In this document: positions 10,252 to 19,590 of the stretch, in pieces
Position numbering within the stretch: position 1 is the stretch's first letter
Layout of the letters: each line of letters opens with the position of its first letter
Source: Candidatus Dormiibacterota bacterium
Lineage (GTDB): Bacteria; Chloroflexota; Dormibacteria; Aeolococcales; Aeolococcaceae
Direction of reading: 5' to 3'
DNA length: 64,000 nucleotides
NCBI GenBank assembly: GCA_003153505.1
Contig: PLZA01000065.1
Coordinates: 29,031 to 93,030, forward strand
The notes under the pieces: generated by a model
What the model was told of the DNA's origin: nothing
The model's database searches: none
What the model saw: the letters and a program-made list of their open reading frames with translations, nothing else
Program-made: the position numbers and the translations under genes

Positions 10252-11241
10252 TCACTCCTTGGTCTCCGCGAGCCAGCCCGCGGCGGCGCGCGCGTGGTAC
10301 GTGATGATCATGTCGGCACCCGCGCGGCGGATGCCACCCAGGGCTTCAAGGACGGCGGCACGTTCGTCGAAGGCACCCGCCGAGGCCGCGTGATGGAGCA
10401 TGGCAAACTCCCCGCTGACGCAGTAGGCGGCGAGGGGCAGATCGGTCGCGTCGCGAACCCGGGCGACGACATCGAGGTAGGTGAGCGCGGGCTTCACCAT
10501 GACCATGTCCGCGCCCTCCTCGACATCGAGGAGGGCTTCGCGAACAGCCTCACGCTGATTGGCCGGGTTCATCTGGTACGAACGCCGGTCTCCCGTCCTC
10601 GGCGCGCATTCAGCGGCGTCCCGGAAGGGACCGTAGAGCACGGTCGCGAACTTCGCGCTGTACCCGAGGATCGCGGTGTCGGTGAATCCCGACATGTCCA
10701 GCGCCTCGCGGATCGCGGCGACCTGCCCGTCCATCATCCCGCTCGGCGCGATGATGTCGGCTCCGGCTGCAGCCTGGCTGACCGCGGTCCGAGCGTACAG
10801 CTCCAGGGTCGCGTCGTTGTCGACGTCGCCGTTCTCGAGGAGGAAGCCACAGTGCCCGTGGTCCGTGTACTCGCAGAGGCAGCAGTCGGCGATCACGACG
10901 CATGCATCGCCGAAGCGATCGTGGACGGCGCGGATTGCCTGCTGGACCACCCCGTCGTCGGCGAAGGCGCCCGATCCCTGTGCATCCTTATGAGCGGGGA
11001 GACCGAAGAGGAGCACGCCGCCGAGGCCGAGGTCGATCGTCTCCTCCACGGTCGCGCACAGGGAATCGATGCTTTCGTGTTGCTGCCCGGTCATCGACCT
11101 GATCTCCTCGGGCGATGCAAGCCCCTCTCGGATGAAGGCTGGGTGGATCAACTGCCCGGCTGTCAGCCGTGACTCGCGGGCGAGGCGGCGCAACGCAGGT
11201 GTCCGGCGCAGACGTCGGGGTCGCTCGAGGGGAAAGCCCAT
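10252..11241 (-). CDS. hemB: porphobilinogen synthase (delta-aminolevulinate dehydratase)
   Basis: MGFPLERPRRLRRTPALRRL start and active-site Lys region are present. Start is set at the internal ATG (11241); the ORF upstream of it is R-rich filler. Confidence 0.9.
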   Translation of the reverse strand: MGFPLERPRRLRRTPALRRLARESRLTAGQLIHPAFIREGLASPEEIRSMTGQQHESIDSLCATVEETIDLGLGGVLLFGLPAHKDAQGSGAFADDGVVQQAIRAVHDRFGDACVVIADCCLCEYTDHGHCGFLLENGDVDNDATLELYARTAVSQAAAGADIIAPSGMMDGQVAAIREALDMSGFTDTAILGYSAKFATVLYGPFRDAAECAPRTGDRRSYQMNPANQREAVREALLDVEEGADMVMVKPALTYLDVVARVRDATDLPLAAYCVSGEFAMLHHAASAGAFDERAAVLEALGGIRRAGADMIITYHARAAAGWLAETKE

Positions 11242-11249
11242 ATCGCCGT

Positions 11250-12032
11250 TCAGCGTAGCGGCTGGGGGGTGAGGGACTCGGTGAGCGCGGCGACGAGACC
11301 TTCGACTGAGGCCACTTTGGCGATGGCTCGGACATCGAGACCGGCGCTTCGCGCCTCGTCCGCGGTCTGCGCTCCGATACACACGATCGCGACGCCGGCC
11401 GGCAGTCCCCGCGCGCCTGCGGCCCTGACGAGATTGCGCACGGTGCTGCCGCTGGTGAGGGTGATCGCGTCAACTCCGGCGTCGAGGGCGGCGCGCACGC
11501 GCTCCGGAGCCGACGCGGGCATGACGCTCCTGTAGATGTGCTGGACGGTGACCGAAGCGCCCGCGGCGCTGACCACTTCGACAAACCCACCGCGCGTCCC
11601 CTCTGCGACGGGAAACCACACGGTGGCACCGTCAAGCCCTCGCTGCTGCAGCGCCGCCGCAAGCCCGGCCGCGTCGTGGTCGCCGGCCACGAGATCCGCG
11701 AGCACTCCGTGCGCCTCGAGAGCGGCGGCGGTCGCCGGACCAACGGCCGCGACGAGCATTCCGGACAGCGCAGCTGCTCCAGCCGCTCCGATGACGAGAC
11801 GCACGGATGTTGCGCTCGTAAAGGCGACCCATCGCGGCGCGGGCGCATCCGCGACCACGGCGGCGATCCGAACGATGGCGTCCGGGGCTGCGATCGGCAT
11901 GGTGGTGATCAGAGGGACCACGGTCACCACCGCACCGTCGGCGTGGAGCCGGTCGACCAGTCCCTCGGCCTGCTCGCGGGTCCGGGTCACGAGCACCCGA
12001 CGCCCGGCCAGGGGCTGCACCGGGCCGGTCAC
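11250..12032 (-). CDS. hemD: uroporphyrinogen-III synthase
   Basis: HemD-like sequence (RRVLVTRTREQAEGL) in the correct position between hemC and hemB. Its ATG overlaps the hemC stop (ATGA). Confidence 0.8.
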   Translation of the reverse strand: MTGPVQPLAGRRVLVTRTREQAEGLVDRLHADGAVVTVVPLITTMPIAAPDAIVRIAAVVADAPAPRWVAFTSATSVRLVIGAAGAAALSGMLVAAVGPATAAALEAHGVLADLVAGDHDAAGLAAALQQRGLDGATVWFPVAEGTRGGFVEVVSAAGASVTVQHIYRSVMPASAPERVRAALDAGVDAITLTSGSTVRNLVRAAGARGLPAGVAIVCIGAQTADEARSAGLDVRAIAKVASVEGLVAALTESLTPQPLR

Positions 12033-12913
12033 CGCAAGCGCGCAGCGACCATCTCGCCGAGCGCCTCCGGTTCGTCAGGGCTCCCCGTCGCCCCGGCTCG
12101 GCGTATTGCCCCGTCGACCGCCAGCGCTGCGACGAGCGTGAGTTGGTGCTCGTGGATCCGAGCCCACGCCCCGAGGGGCAGCAGGCATCCCCCGCCGAGG
12201 CCGAGGAGCACCGCCCGCTCGGCGGTGACCGCGACTCTCGTGGCGGCATCGCCGATCAGCGCGCACACCGTCGTTGCCCGCGAAGCGGCGACGGTCTCGA
12301 GTGCGATGGCGCCCTGCGCCGGAGCCGGGACGAACAGCAAGGGGTCGAGGCGCTCCACGAGGCGATCGCCGAGTGAGAGCCGGTCCAGCCCGGCACACGC
12401 GAGGACCAACGCATCCACATCGCCGGCGTCGAGCTTGCGCAGGCGTGTGTCCACGTTGCCGCGAATCGGCACCGCTCGCAGGCCTGGATACAGGACTGCG
12501 AGGAGCCCCGCCCTGCGTGCGCTGCTGGTTCCGACCGTCGCACCGTCGGGGAGCTGATCAAGGGATCGCCCGTCTGCGGTCACGACGCCGTCCCGCGCAT
12601 CAGCGCGGGCGAGGTAGGCGGCAATGACCAGGCCTGGGGCAAGCGCTGACGGCAGGTCCTTGGCGCTGTGCACGGCAATGTCGGCGCGGCCGTCGACGAT
12701 GCTCCGCTCGAGATCTGCGGTGAACCAGCCCTGCCCATCGAGCTGATCGATCGGGGCATTGACGCGCCGGTCGCCCTCGGTCCTCACGACGATCGTCTCG
12801 GGGTCGGCACCGCCGGCGCTTCTCAGTGCGTCAGCCGCGAGTGCGGCCTGTCGGAGCGCCAGCGCGCTCCCGCGGGTCGCCAGGCGCAGGGTGGTGGTGT
12901 CCGCGGCCGGCAT
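12029..12913 (-). CDS. hemC: hydroxymethylbilane synthase (porphobilinogen deaminase)
   Basis: LRLATRGSALALRQA N-terminus and a dipyrromethane cofactor region are present. Confidence 0.9.
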   Translation of the reverse strand: MPAADTTTLRLATRGSALALRQAALAADALRSAGGADPETIVVRTEGDRRVNAPIDQLDGQGWFTADLERSIVDGRADIAVHSAKDLPSALAPGLVIAAYLARADARDGVVTADGRSLDQLPDGATVGTSSARRAGLLAVLYPGLRAVPIRGNVDTRLRKLDAGDVDALVLACAGLDRLSLGDRLVERLDPLLFVPAPAQGAIALETVAASRATTVCALIGDAATRVAVTAERAVLLGLGGGCLLPLGAWARIHEHQLTLVAALAVDGAIRRAGATGSPDEPEALGEMVAARLR

Positions 12914-14160
12914 CAGCGGTCGAGCCGGAACGCCTCGCGGATCGCCAGCGCAGTCGTGGGGTCCCCCGCTTCGCGGAGTCGCGTCACCGGTCCGTGCAGG
13001 AGCTTGCGGACCATGCTTCGCGTCAGGAGATCAACGCGCTCCCGGGTTGCGTCGTCGATGTCCCGCCCGGTGCCGAAGCTGCGCGCGACCTCTCGGGCGC
13101 GAAGGCCTTCGGCCCATTCGACGAGCGCCGCGATCGTCGGGCCCGCGGTATCCCGCTGTCCGATCGCCGTGACCGTCTTTTCGAGCTCGACGTCGATGAT
13201 CTCCTCAGCGGCGGAGACGGTCTCGCGGCGCTCGTCGAGCCGCGCGCCGACCCGACGCCCGAGCTCGTCGATGTCGATGAGGGTGACGCCCGCGACGCCT
13301 GCTGCTGCGGCGTCGATGTCGCGAGGGACCGCCATGTCGACGATGCAGAGTGGGCGCCACGACCTGCGGCGCTGGAATCCATCGATCGCGGCGGCATCGA
13401 GCACCGTCGACGCGCTGTCGGTCGACGCGATGATCACATCCACCTCGCCGGCGACCTCCGCCAGTCCCGCGAGCGCGACCGGCTCAGCCCCGACGGACTG
13501 TGCGAGCCTGCGGCTGGACTCCCCCCGCGACGTGGTCATGATGCGTGCCCCCTGGTCCTGCAGGCGTTTGGCGGCGAGCCGGCTCATCTTTCCCGCCCCG
13601 ACGAGCAGGACGCCGATCCCGTCGAGATTCCCGCACGCCGACCGGGCGCTCTCGACGGCGATCTCGCTGAGTGACGCGGCTCCTCTCCCGAGCGACGTGT
13701 TCGTGCGCACGCGTTTGGCCGTGGAGATGGCCCGGCGCATCACATAATCCAGGCGTGCGTCGACCGTACCCGCATCGGTGGCGACGCGGTGCGCCGCCTT
13801 GAACTGGCCGAGCACCTGAGCCTCGCCGATGACCATGCTCTCGAGGCCGCTTGCGACGCGGAACATGTGCAGCGCGGCATCGCGATCCTCGAGCGTCACC
13901 ATGTGGCGCTCGACGTCGCGAGTCCCACCCGGGTCGAGGTATCGGGCCAGCCTCGGGGTCACCTCAGCACTGAGATGATCGGGACACACCATGTAGAAAT
14001 CTGTGCGATTGCAGGTGGAAAGCACCGCCGCACCATGCAGGCCCGCGTGTCCCACGAGATATCTCAGGGTCGTCGCAGCCCGCGCCGCCGGGATGGCCGC
14101 AGCCTCCCGCACAGCCAGTGGAGCGGTGCGAAAGCTCAGCCCGGCGGCTACCAGTCGCAT
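12913..14160 (-). CDS. hemA: glutamyl-tRNA reductase
   Basis: MRLVAAGLSFRTAPLAVRE start and GAGKM NADPH motif are present. Start is set at the internal ATG (14160); the ORF upstream is low-complexity. Confidence 0.85.
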   Translation of the reverse strand: MRLVAAGLSFRTAPLAVREAAAIPAARAATTLRYLVGHAGLHGAAVLSTCNRTDFYMVCPDHLSAEVTPRLARYLDPGGTRDVERHMVTLEDRDAALHMFRVASGLESMVIGEAQVLGQFKAAHRVATDAGTVDARLDYVMRRAISTAKRVRTNTSLGRGAASLSEIAVESARSACGNLDGIGVLLVGAGKMSRLAAKRLQDQGARIMTTSRGESSRRLAQSVGAEPVALAGLAEVAGEVDVIIASTDSASTVLDAAAIDGFQRRRSWRPLCIVDMAVPRDIDAAAAGVAGVTLIDIDELGRRVGARLDERRETVSAAEEIIDVELEKTVTAIGQRDTAGPTIAALVEWAEGLRAREVARSFGTGRDIDDATRERVDLLTRSMVRKLLHGPVTRLREAGDPTTALAIREAFRLDR

Positions 14161-14230
14161 CACGAGCGAGTATAGGTTGGAGGTCGGCCGGCGCCGGTTC
14201 CCCTGTGCAGGAGTTCTAGGATGGGGGTGT

Positions 14231-15022
14231 ATGGAAGCTCGCCGGCGATACGGTCGCCGCCGAGGGAGGGTCCCCACGGGCGACAAATTTCTACCGCGAC
14301 TCGGTCCGGCGGGAGCCGAGCCATTTGCCACGCTCGACGATGCAATCGACGCCTGGAGTGCGGAGCGCCCGGGTCCGGACACGCCGATCGAAGGGCTCCA
14401 TTTCGTCGCCCTGGACTGCGAGACCACCGGGCAGTCGCCGCATCACCTCGTGGAACTCGGCGCCGTGGCCTTCACGATGCGAGAGCACCTCATGAGCTTC
14501 GAGACGCTCGTGCACAGCAACGACAGGATCAATCCCTACGCCCGGCGCATTCACGGCATCGACGCGGCGACCCTTAACGGTGCGCCGCCGGTATCAGTGG
14601 TGGTGGAACGTTTTCAGCGCTTCGCGAAAGGGGCGGTGCTGGTTGAGCACAGCGCCGACGCCTTCGACACCAGGCTCATCGGCCGCGCCATCGGCTCGAG
14701 CCTGGATGCCGACAACGTTGACACGACCCGGCTCGCGGCCAAGCTCTTTGATCTCAAAGATACGATCGGACTCGAGCGGCTGTGCCGCGAGCTGGGCGTC
14801 GTGCACCGCAGACCGCACCATGCGCTCGCGGACGCGGAGGCAACCGCAGCATGTTTCCTGGAGCTCGTCCGGCGCGGGAGTGAACGCTTCAACTGGAGCA
14901 CATTGGGCGATCTGCTCCTCGCCGGGAAACCGCCGGCAGTCGCAGCCGACGTCGGGGTGGCGCCTCCCGGAAGCCAGCCCAAAGGCGCCGATTCCGCCCC
15001 GCGAAACCGCCGGCGGCGTTGA
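14231..15022 (+). CDS. DEDDh 3'-5' exonuclease (DnaQ/epsilon-like)
   Basis: Exo I FVALDCETTG, Exo II and Exo III HHALADAEA (H-x4-D) motifs are present. Start is at the ATG at 14231; the longer ORF is antisense to hemA. Confidence 0.75.
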   Translation: MEARRRYGRRRGRVPTGDKFLPRLGPAGAEPFATLDDAIDAWSAERPGPDTPIEGLHFVALDCETTGQSPHHLVELGAVAFTMREHLMSFETLVHSNDRINPYARRIHGIDAATLNGAPPVSVVVERFQRFAKGAVLVEHSADAFDTRLIGRAIGSSLDADNVDTTRLAAKLFDLKDTIGLERLCRELGVVHRRPHHALADAEATAACFLELVRRGSERFNWSTLGDLLLAGKPPAVAADVGVAPPGSQPKGADSAPRNRRRR

Positions 15023-15127
15023 CAGCACGCCCGGCGCTGCATACCATCCACTCGAACCAACCACACTCATCCGGGTCGCGCGGCCGCCACTCGGTACCTC
15101 ATCCCGGTTCATTGCGAGGTCACTGCG

Positions 15128-15583
15128 ATGCCCAGCCACGTCAACAGGGCCGAGGCGATCGGTGCCGCATCGGCGACCCTCGGTGTCCTCGTCGCTTTCC
15201 TCCCCTGGTATGCGTACACCGCGGGCAGCGCGCACGTCACCGTGAACGCATTTCGGGCGTCATTGCTCGGCGACGTGTTCTTCGTCGCCATCGCCGGCGC
15301 CATCCTGCTGCTCCTGATCGGACGCGGATTCGTCGATGACGTGGTGACCCCGTACATCCCCGAGACGACAGCACACGCTGCCGCCGCGGGTTTGGCGATG
15401 GGAAGCGTCCTCGTTCAGATCATCCTCGCCCGCGCGGGCGGCCGATCATTGAGCATCGGCATCTTCCTGGGACTGATTGCAGCGGCAGGGCTCTGCGCCG
15501 CCGCAGTCGTGCGACGCCTGCATCCAGATCGCCGTCGCAGTGTGCGCGATAGCCTTTCCCACGAGGGTCTGATTACTCCATAA
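15128..15583 (+). CDS. hypothetical membrane protein (FLPW-motif paralogue A)
   Basis: High third-position GC and 3-4 predicted TM helices. It shares an FLPW motif with the ORF at 16285. Confidence 0.5.
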   Translation: MPSHVNRAEAIGAASATLGVLVAFLPWYAYTAGSAHVTVNAFRASLLGDVFFVAIAGAILLLLIGRGFVDDVVTPYIPETTAHAAAAGLAMGSVLVQIILARAGGRSLSIGIFLGLIAAAGLCAAAVVRRLHPDRRRSVRDSLSHEGLITP

Positions 15584-15672
15584 TCCAGCGATTCACGCTC
15601 GGGGGACGTGGCGCCCCGGGTCCACGTCGCCGCCACAGCTGCTCATTCACCCTGGGAGGAACCACCCGACAG

Positions 15673-16224
15673 ATGGCCAATATTCTGACCGACCCGCCCT
15701 TCGCAGCAGACCCGCCGATCAAGTTGAACGTCCCGGCGAAGACGCTCGGACTGATCATTGGGATCCTGGCGATCATCGGCATCATCATCGACCTGATTGC
15801 GCTGCCCGTCGTGTTCGCGCTGAACAACACCGTCGGCACCCTCTGCTCGGAGGTCGGTGGCCTGAACTGCGGCAGCACCGGCATCTTTGGGCTCGCGCTC
15901 ATCGGGGTGCTCATCGGCCTCGTCGGCTCCATCCTCTACGCGTTCGGTGGGTTCCGTATGTACCAGCTGAACCGTTCGGGGAAGGATCTCGTGATCTACG
16001 GCCTCGTGGTGAACCTGGTTGGCGGGATCTTCGCCATCATCGGCTACGGCGGCATCGGAAGCTTCATCTTCAGCCTGATCATCGCGGTGGTCGTGTACTA
16101 CCTGGTCATCATCAGCCGCTGGCCTGGCGACGCCCCGCTGGTCGCGGCCGGGCCCACCGGTGGCTACGGCAACCCTCCGGGTGGCTACGGCAGCCCGCCA
16201 CCTCCTCCGCCGCCGAGCGCCTGA
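15673..16224 (+). CDS. hypothetical polytopic membrane protein with Gly/Pro-rich C-terminal tail
   Basis: Four or five hydrophobic helices, then a GGYGNPPGGYGSPPPPPPP tail. Coding-like codon usage. Confidence 0.55.
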   Translation: MANILTDPPFAADPPIKLNVPAKTLGLIIGILAIIGIIIDLIALPVVFALNNTVGTLCSEVGGLNCGSTGIFGLALIGVLIGLVGSILYAFGGFRMYQLNRSGKDLVIYGLVVNLVGGIFAIIGYGGIGSFIFSLIIAVVVYYLVIISRWPGDAPLVAAGPTGGYGNPPGGYGSPPPPPPPSA

Positions 16225-16284
16225 TCTCCGAACCGTCTGAGGTTTCGGCCTTAGGACATATCCGTCTCGCGAGGGCTGCTTGAC

Positions 16285-16542
16285 GTGCCACTGAACGTCG
16301 CGGGCAAGCAGATGTCGAACGGCGCACTCGCGGTGGCCGGAGGCCTCGTGGTTGGACTTGTCGATACGTTCCTTCCGTGGCACACGACGACCTTCCCGAC
16401 CGTACTCGGTTCTCAGAGCGGCGGCCACGACGCTCTCGGGTACTGGTCGGGCTGGGTCTTCTTCCTCGCCGTCATCGTGGGCATCGCGATGTTCGCGATC
16501 GGCGGCGGCGGTCGCCGTCGGCGGTTACCTGATGCGAACTGA
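16285..16542 (+). CDS. hypothetical membrane protein (FLPW-motif paralogue B), probably frameshifted
   Basis: A TM protein whose frame stops at 16542. A Pro-rich tail resembling the neighbouring gene continues in another frame to 16639. Confidence 0.35.
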   Translation: MPLNVAGKQMSNGALAVAGGLVVGLVDTFLPWHTTTFPTVLGSQSGGHDALGYWSGWVFFLAVIVGIAMFAIGGGGRRRRLPDAN

Positions 16543-16648
16543 GCCGCAACCGGCGACCATGCCGCTGAGCGCCTATCAGTCGCCCTCGTCACCCTCCACG
16601 CCGCCGCCGCCTCCTGCTCCGCCTGCCCCGAGCACCTGACAGGCGGGA

Positions 16649-16957
16649 GTGGACGAGGGCTTCGGCGTTCGCTCCCCGAATCGCCCCGGCGTCGCTGCCG
16701 CAGTCTGCGGCGTCCTGGCCCTGGGCCTGTCCTGGATCCCCTTCGTCGATTACACGAGCCTCGTGCTCGGCACGATTGCGATCGTCTTCGGCATCGTCGG
16801 CGTCCGCAGAGCCAACGCCGACCCCGGGGCGAGCAGGACCCTTGCGGTGGTCGGGATCACCTCCGGCATCGCCGGCTTCGCGATCGCAGCGATCGTCCTC
16901 CTGCTCATCTATGCGCTGGTGTTGACGATCAACGTCACCGCCGGCTCGCCCACCTGA
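16649..16957 (+). CDS. DUF4190-like small membrane protein
   Basis: Two long hydrophobic helices in the arrangement typical of DUF4190 proteins (VCGVLALGLSWIPF ... GITSGIAGFAIAAIVLLLI). Confidence 0.6.
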   Translation: MDEGFGVRSPNRPGVAAAVCGVLALGLSWIPFVDYTSLVLGTIAIVFGIVGVRRANADPGASRTLAVVGITSGIAGFAIAAIVLLLIYALVLTINVTAGSPT

Positions 16958-17977
16958 TCAGACGCTGAATTCGGCCACCACCGGGTAGTGGTCCGACGCC
17001 GCGGCGGCGTCCGCATCCGGCCAGGTTCTGCCTCCGACCACGTCGGCTCCGATCACGTGGGCCGCAAGTGCGTCAGTCGCGAAGACGTAGTCCACGCGCG
17101 CTGAGAGCTGCCAGGTCGCGCAGGTGAGTCCGCGGGCCCGGGGGTGCACACGGCGATAGCAGTCGACGTATCCCTCTTTCAGCAGGCGCTCGATGGTCCA
17201 GCGCTCGATGAGCCGCCCGAGAAAGCGATCCATGGCACGCGATACCGGCAGGCCAACGGTGAGCGGTGACACCACGCGAGGGAGCACCGGAATGCCGCCG
17301 AGGAGTCGCGGGTCCACGCCGGCCCGTCGCCAGCGGTCGGCGAGGCCGCTGTCGCCGTCCTCGCGGTTCGGGGCAAGCGGGGCGAGGATGCCGTTGGGTC
17401 CCGCGACCAGCAACCCGGCGCGGCGGAGATCGTTCATCCGCCGAAAGAAGGACGTCGCGAGGATGTCGTCGCCCGGCGAGAGGGCGTTGAAGTCTCCGAT
17501 CAGCAGGTGCGGACGTGCCGGTTCATCGGCGATGTCGGTGAGGACGGCGCCGATCTCGCGGATGCGCCGCGCCTCTCCTTTGTTCCGATCGCCAAAGCGT
17601 GCCGCCAGGTGCAGGCAATGCACGCCGACGAGCGGAAGCTCGTGGCCGCCGGTCTCGATGTCACAGTGAAGGTGAGAACGCAACATCCTGCCGTGGTGGC
17701 GCCGGTTTCGCCACGTGCGCACCGGCAGGCGCGTGAGGATCGCGGTGTGCATCGGCGACGCGGGATCGCTCGGCTCCCCCAGCAACATCTCCATATCGAG
17801 GTCTCGGGCCAGCTCGCGGATGCGATCCACCTCGCGCACCTCCTGGAGCGCGACGATGTCCGCGTCAAGCCGCGTGAGCACGTTGCGAACCAGATCAAGG
17901 CGACGTTCGCCGCCGAGCAGGATGTTGTACGTGGCGACACGAATCCTGCGCCGTGTGAATTTTCTGGTTCGCGACAT
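16958..17977 (-). CDS. endonuclease/exonuclease/phosphatase (EEP) family protein
   Basis: ATYNILLGGERR..DADIVALQEV start and conserved EEP catalytic His/Asp in the C-terminal region. Confidence 0.8.
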   Translation of the reverse strand: MSRTRKFTRRRIRVATYNILLGGERRLDLVRNVLTRLDADIVALQEVREVDRIRELARDLDMEMLLGEPSDPASPMHTAILTRLPVRTWRNRRHHGRMLRSHLHCDIETGGHELPLVGVHCLHLAARFGDRNKGEARRIREIGAVLTDIADEPARPHLLIGDFNALSPGDDILATSFFRRMNDLRRAGLLVAGPNGILAPLAPNREDGDSGLADRWRRAGVDPRLLGGIPVLPRVVSPLTVGLPVSRAMDRFLGRLIERWTIERLLKEGYVDCYRRVHPRARGLTCATWQLSARVDYVFATDALAAHVIGADVVGGRTWPDADAAAASDHYPVVAEFSV

Positions 17978-17999
17978 CGACCGAACTTACAATGCCACG

Positions 18000-18584
18000 G
18001 TGCAGCCACAGCGCGACGCACATCTCACCGAGCTCGTCTTCCTCGACCGCGGTCCGATCGCGCTGCGCTGTGTCGCGGTGGCGGTGGTCGCGGCCGCGTG
18101 CGGGGTTGCCGGCACGCTGCTGGTGCGCGTGCACCAGACGCTCGCGGGGCAGCTGGCCGCACATATGGCGCTCAACCCTTTGGAGACACTCATCGCGACG
18201 GGTTCGAGCGCGCGAACGCTCTGGCCCGGCTGGGTCGCCGCGGTGTGCTTCACCGCGGCGGTCCTGCGCCTTCGCCACGGCGCCACCGAGCCGCCACCCG
18301 GGCGCACCGCCGTCGAGCACCAGACCCTCAGCCAGTTGCGCGGTGGCCTGCGCCGCGAATATCGACTCGTTCGCGCTGCGCTGATCGTCGTGTGCCTTGT
18401 CGCCGCCGTCGACGTCGCTCGCACTGTCGCGACCGTCATCGCAGCGCAGTCAGGCGACACGCAGATCTCGGCGACCATCCTCGCGACCGTGGTGGAAGCA
18501 GCCGGTTATGTCGTGGCAGCGGTCGTGCTGGCCGCGTGGGCTCGGGCCTTCGGCGCGGAGGTGCGACGCCTCGGAGCCCTGTGA
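18000..18584 (+). CDS. hypothetical protein (possibly membrane)
   Basis: High GC3 over its whole length and a GTG start just after the convergent EEP gene. No recognisable motif. Confidence 0.4.
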   Translation: MQPQRDAHLTELVFLDRGPIALRCVAVAVVAAACGVAGTLLVRVHQTLAGQLAAHMALNPLETLIATGSSARTLWPGWVAAVCFTAAVLRLRHGATEPPPGRTAVEHQTLSQLRGGLRREYRLVRAALIVVCLVAAVDVARTVATVIAAQSGDTQISATILATVVEAAGYVVAAVVLAAWARAFGAEVRRLGAL

Positions 18585-18615
18585 TCCTGCGAGCGGGCCG
18601 GTGAGACGTTGCCGG

Positions 18616-19590
18616 TCAGATCCTGCGCTCGACAACGTAGTCGCAGACGCGCTCGAGCGTCTCGCGGGCGCTCGAGGACGGGAAAGCCCTGAGCTCGACG
18701 GCCGCCTCCTGAGCGAACTCCTGGGCACTCCGTTCGGCTTCGGCGATCGCGTTCGAGCCACGGACCAGGCCGACCACGGTGTCGAAGTCCTGTTCGTTGA
18801 GGTCATTCTTGTCCAGAATGCGGCGGAGCCGCGCGCCGACCGCGCGATCCTTGAGGGCGAGCATCAGGGGGAGCGTCACGGTTCCCTGGCGGAGGTCCGC
18901 GCCGACCGGCTTGCCGACTTCATCGCTCGTCGCGATGTAGTCGAGGACGTCATCGGCGATCTGAAAGGCCATGCCCAGGCTGTGGCCGTACCGGCGCAGG
19001 CTCTCTACCGAGGCGGCGTCCAGGCCCGCGATCAGGCCGCCCCCGTAGCAACTCGTGCTCACGAGCGTGGCGGTCTTTCGACCGATCTTGCGGTGATAGT
19101 CGGCGAGAGACTGGTCGTACTCGTTGCGACTGGTCATCTGCAGCAACTCCCCCATGCAGATGGTCATCACCGCATGGCTGATCGCGGAGTCGATCGCCGG
19201 CATACCGATCTCGGCCAGCAGGTAGGCGCCCTTGGCGAAGTAGTAGTCGCCGATAATCACCGCGGGGTCTGGTCCGAGCGCCTCATGGATCGTTGTGATC
19301 CCGCGCCGTGTCGGCGCCTTGTCGATCAGGTCGTCGTGGACCAGGGTCGCCGTGTGGATGAACTCGATGCCCATCGCAAGGTTGAAGACGTCATTGGGGT
19401 TGGCGTCGCCGAGCTGGGCGGCGAGGATGACCAGCGCCGGCCGAAGACGCTTGCCCCCGGCCTTGACGATGTGGGACATGGCGCTCGCCATGGGGCCGAG
19501 GTCGGACGCGATCTCGGCGTCGAGGCGCCGCTCGAATTCGATCAGCTCCGCGGCGATCGGCCCCAGGAGCTCCTCGGCGACGATGCTCAC
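18616..19590 (-). CDS. polyprenyl diphosphate synthase (trans-isoprenyl diphosphate synthase family)
   Basis: First DDxxD (LVHDDLID) and second DDxxD (FQIADDVLD) motifs are present. Confidence 0.85.
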   Translation of the reverse strand: MSIVAEELLGPIAAELIEFERRLDAEIASDLGPMASAMSHIVKAGGKRLRPALVILAAQLGDANPNDVFNLAMGIEFIHTATLVHDDLIDKAPTRRGITTIHEALGPDPAVIIGDYYFAKGAYLLAEIGMPAIDSAISHAVMTICMGELLQMTSRNEYDQSLADYHRKIGRKTATLVSTSCYGGGLIAGLDAASVESLRRYGHSLGMAFQIADDVLDYIATSDEVGKPVGADLRQGTVTLPLMLALKDRAVGARLRRILDKNDLNEQDFDTVVGLVRGSNAIAEAERSAQEFAQEAAVELRAFPSSSARETLERVCDYVVERRI

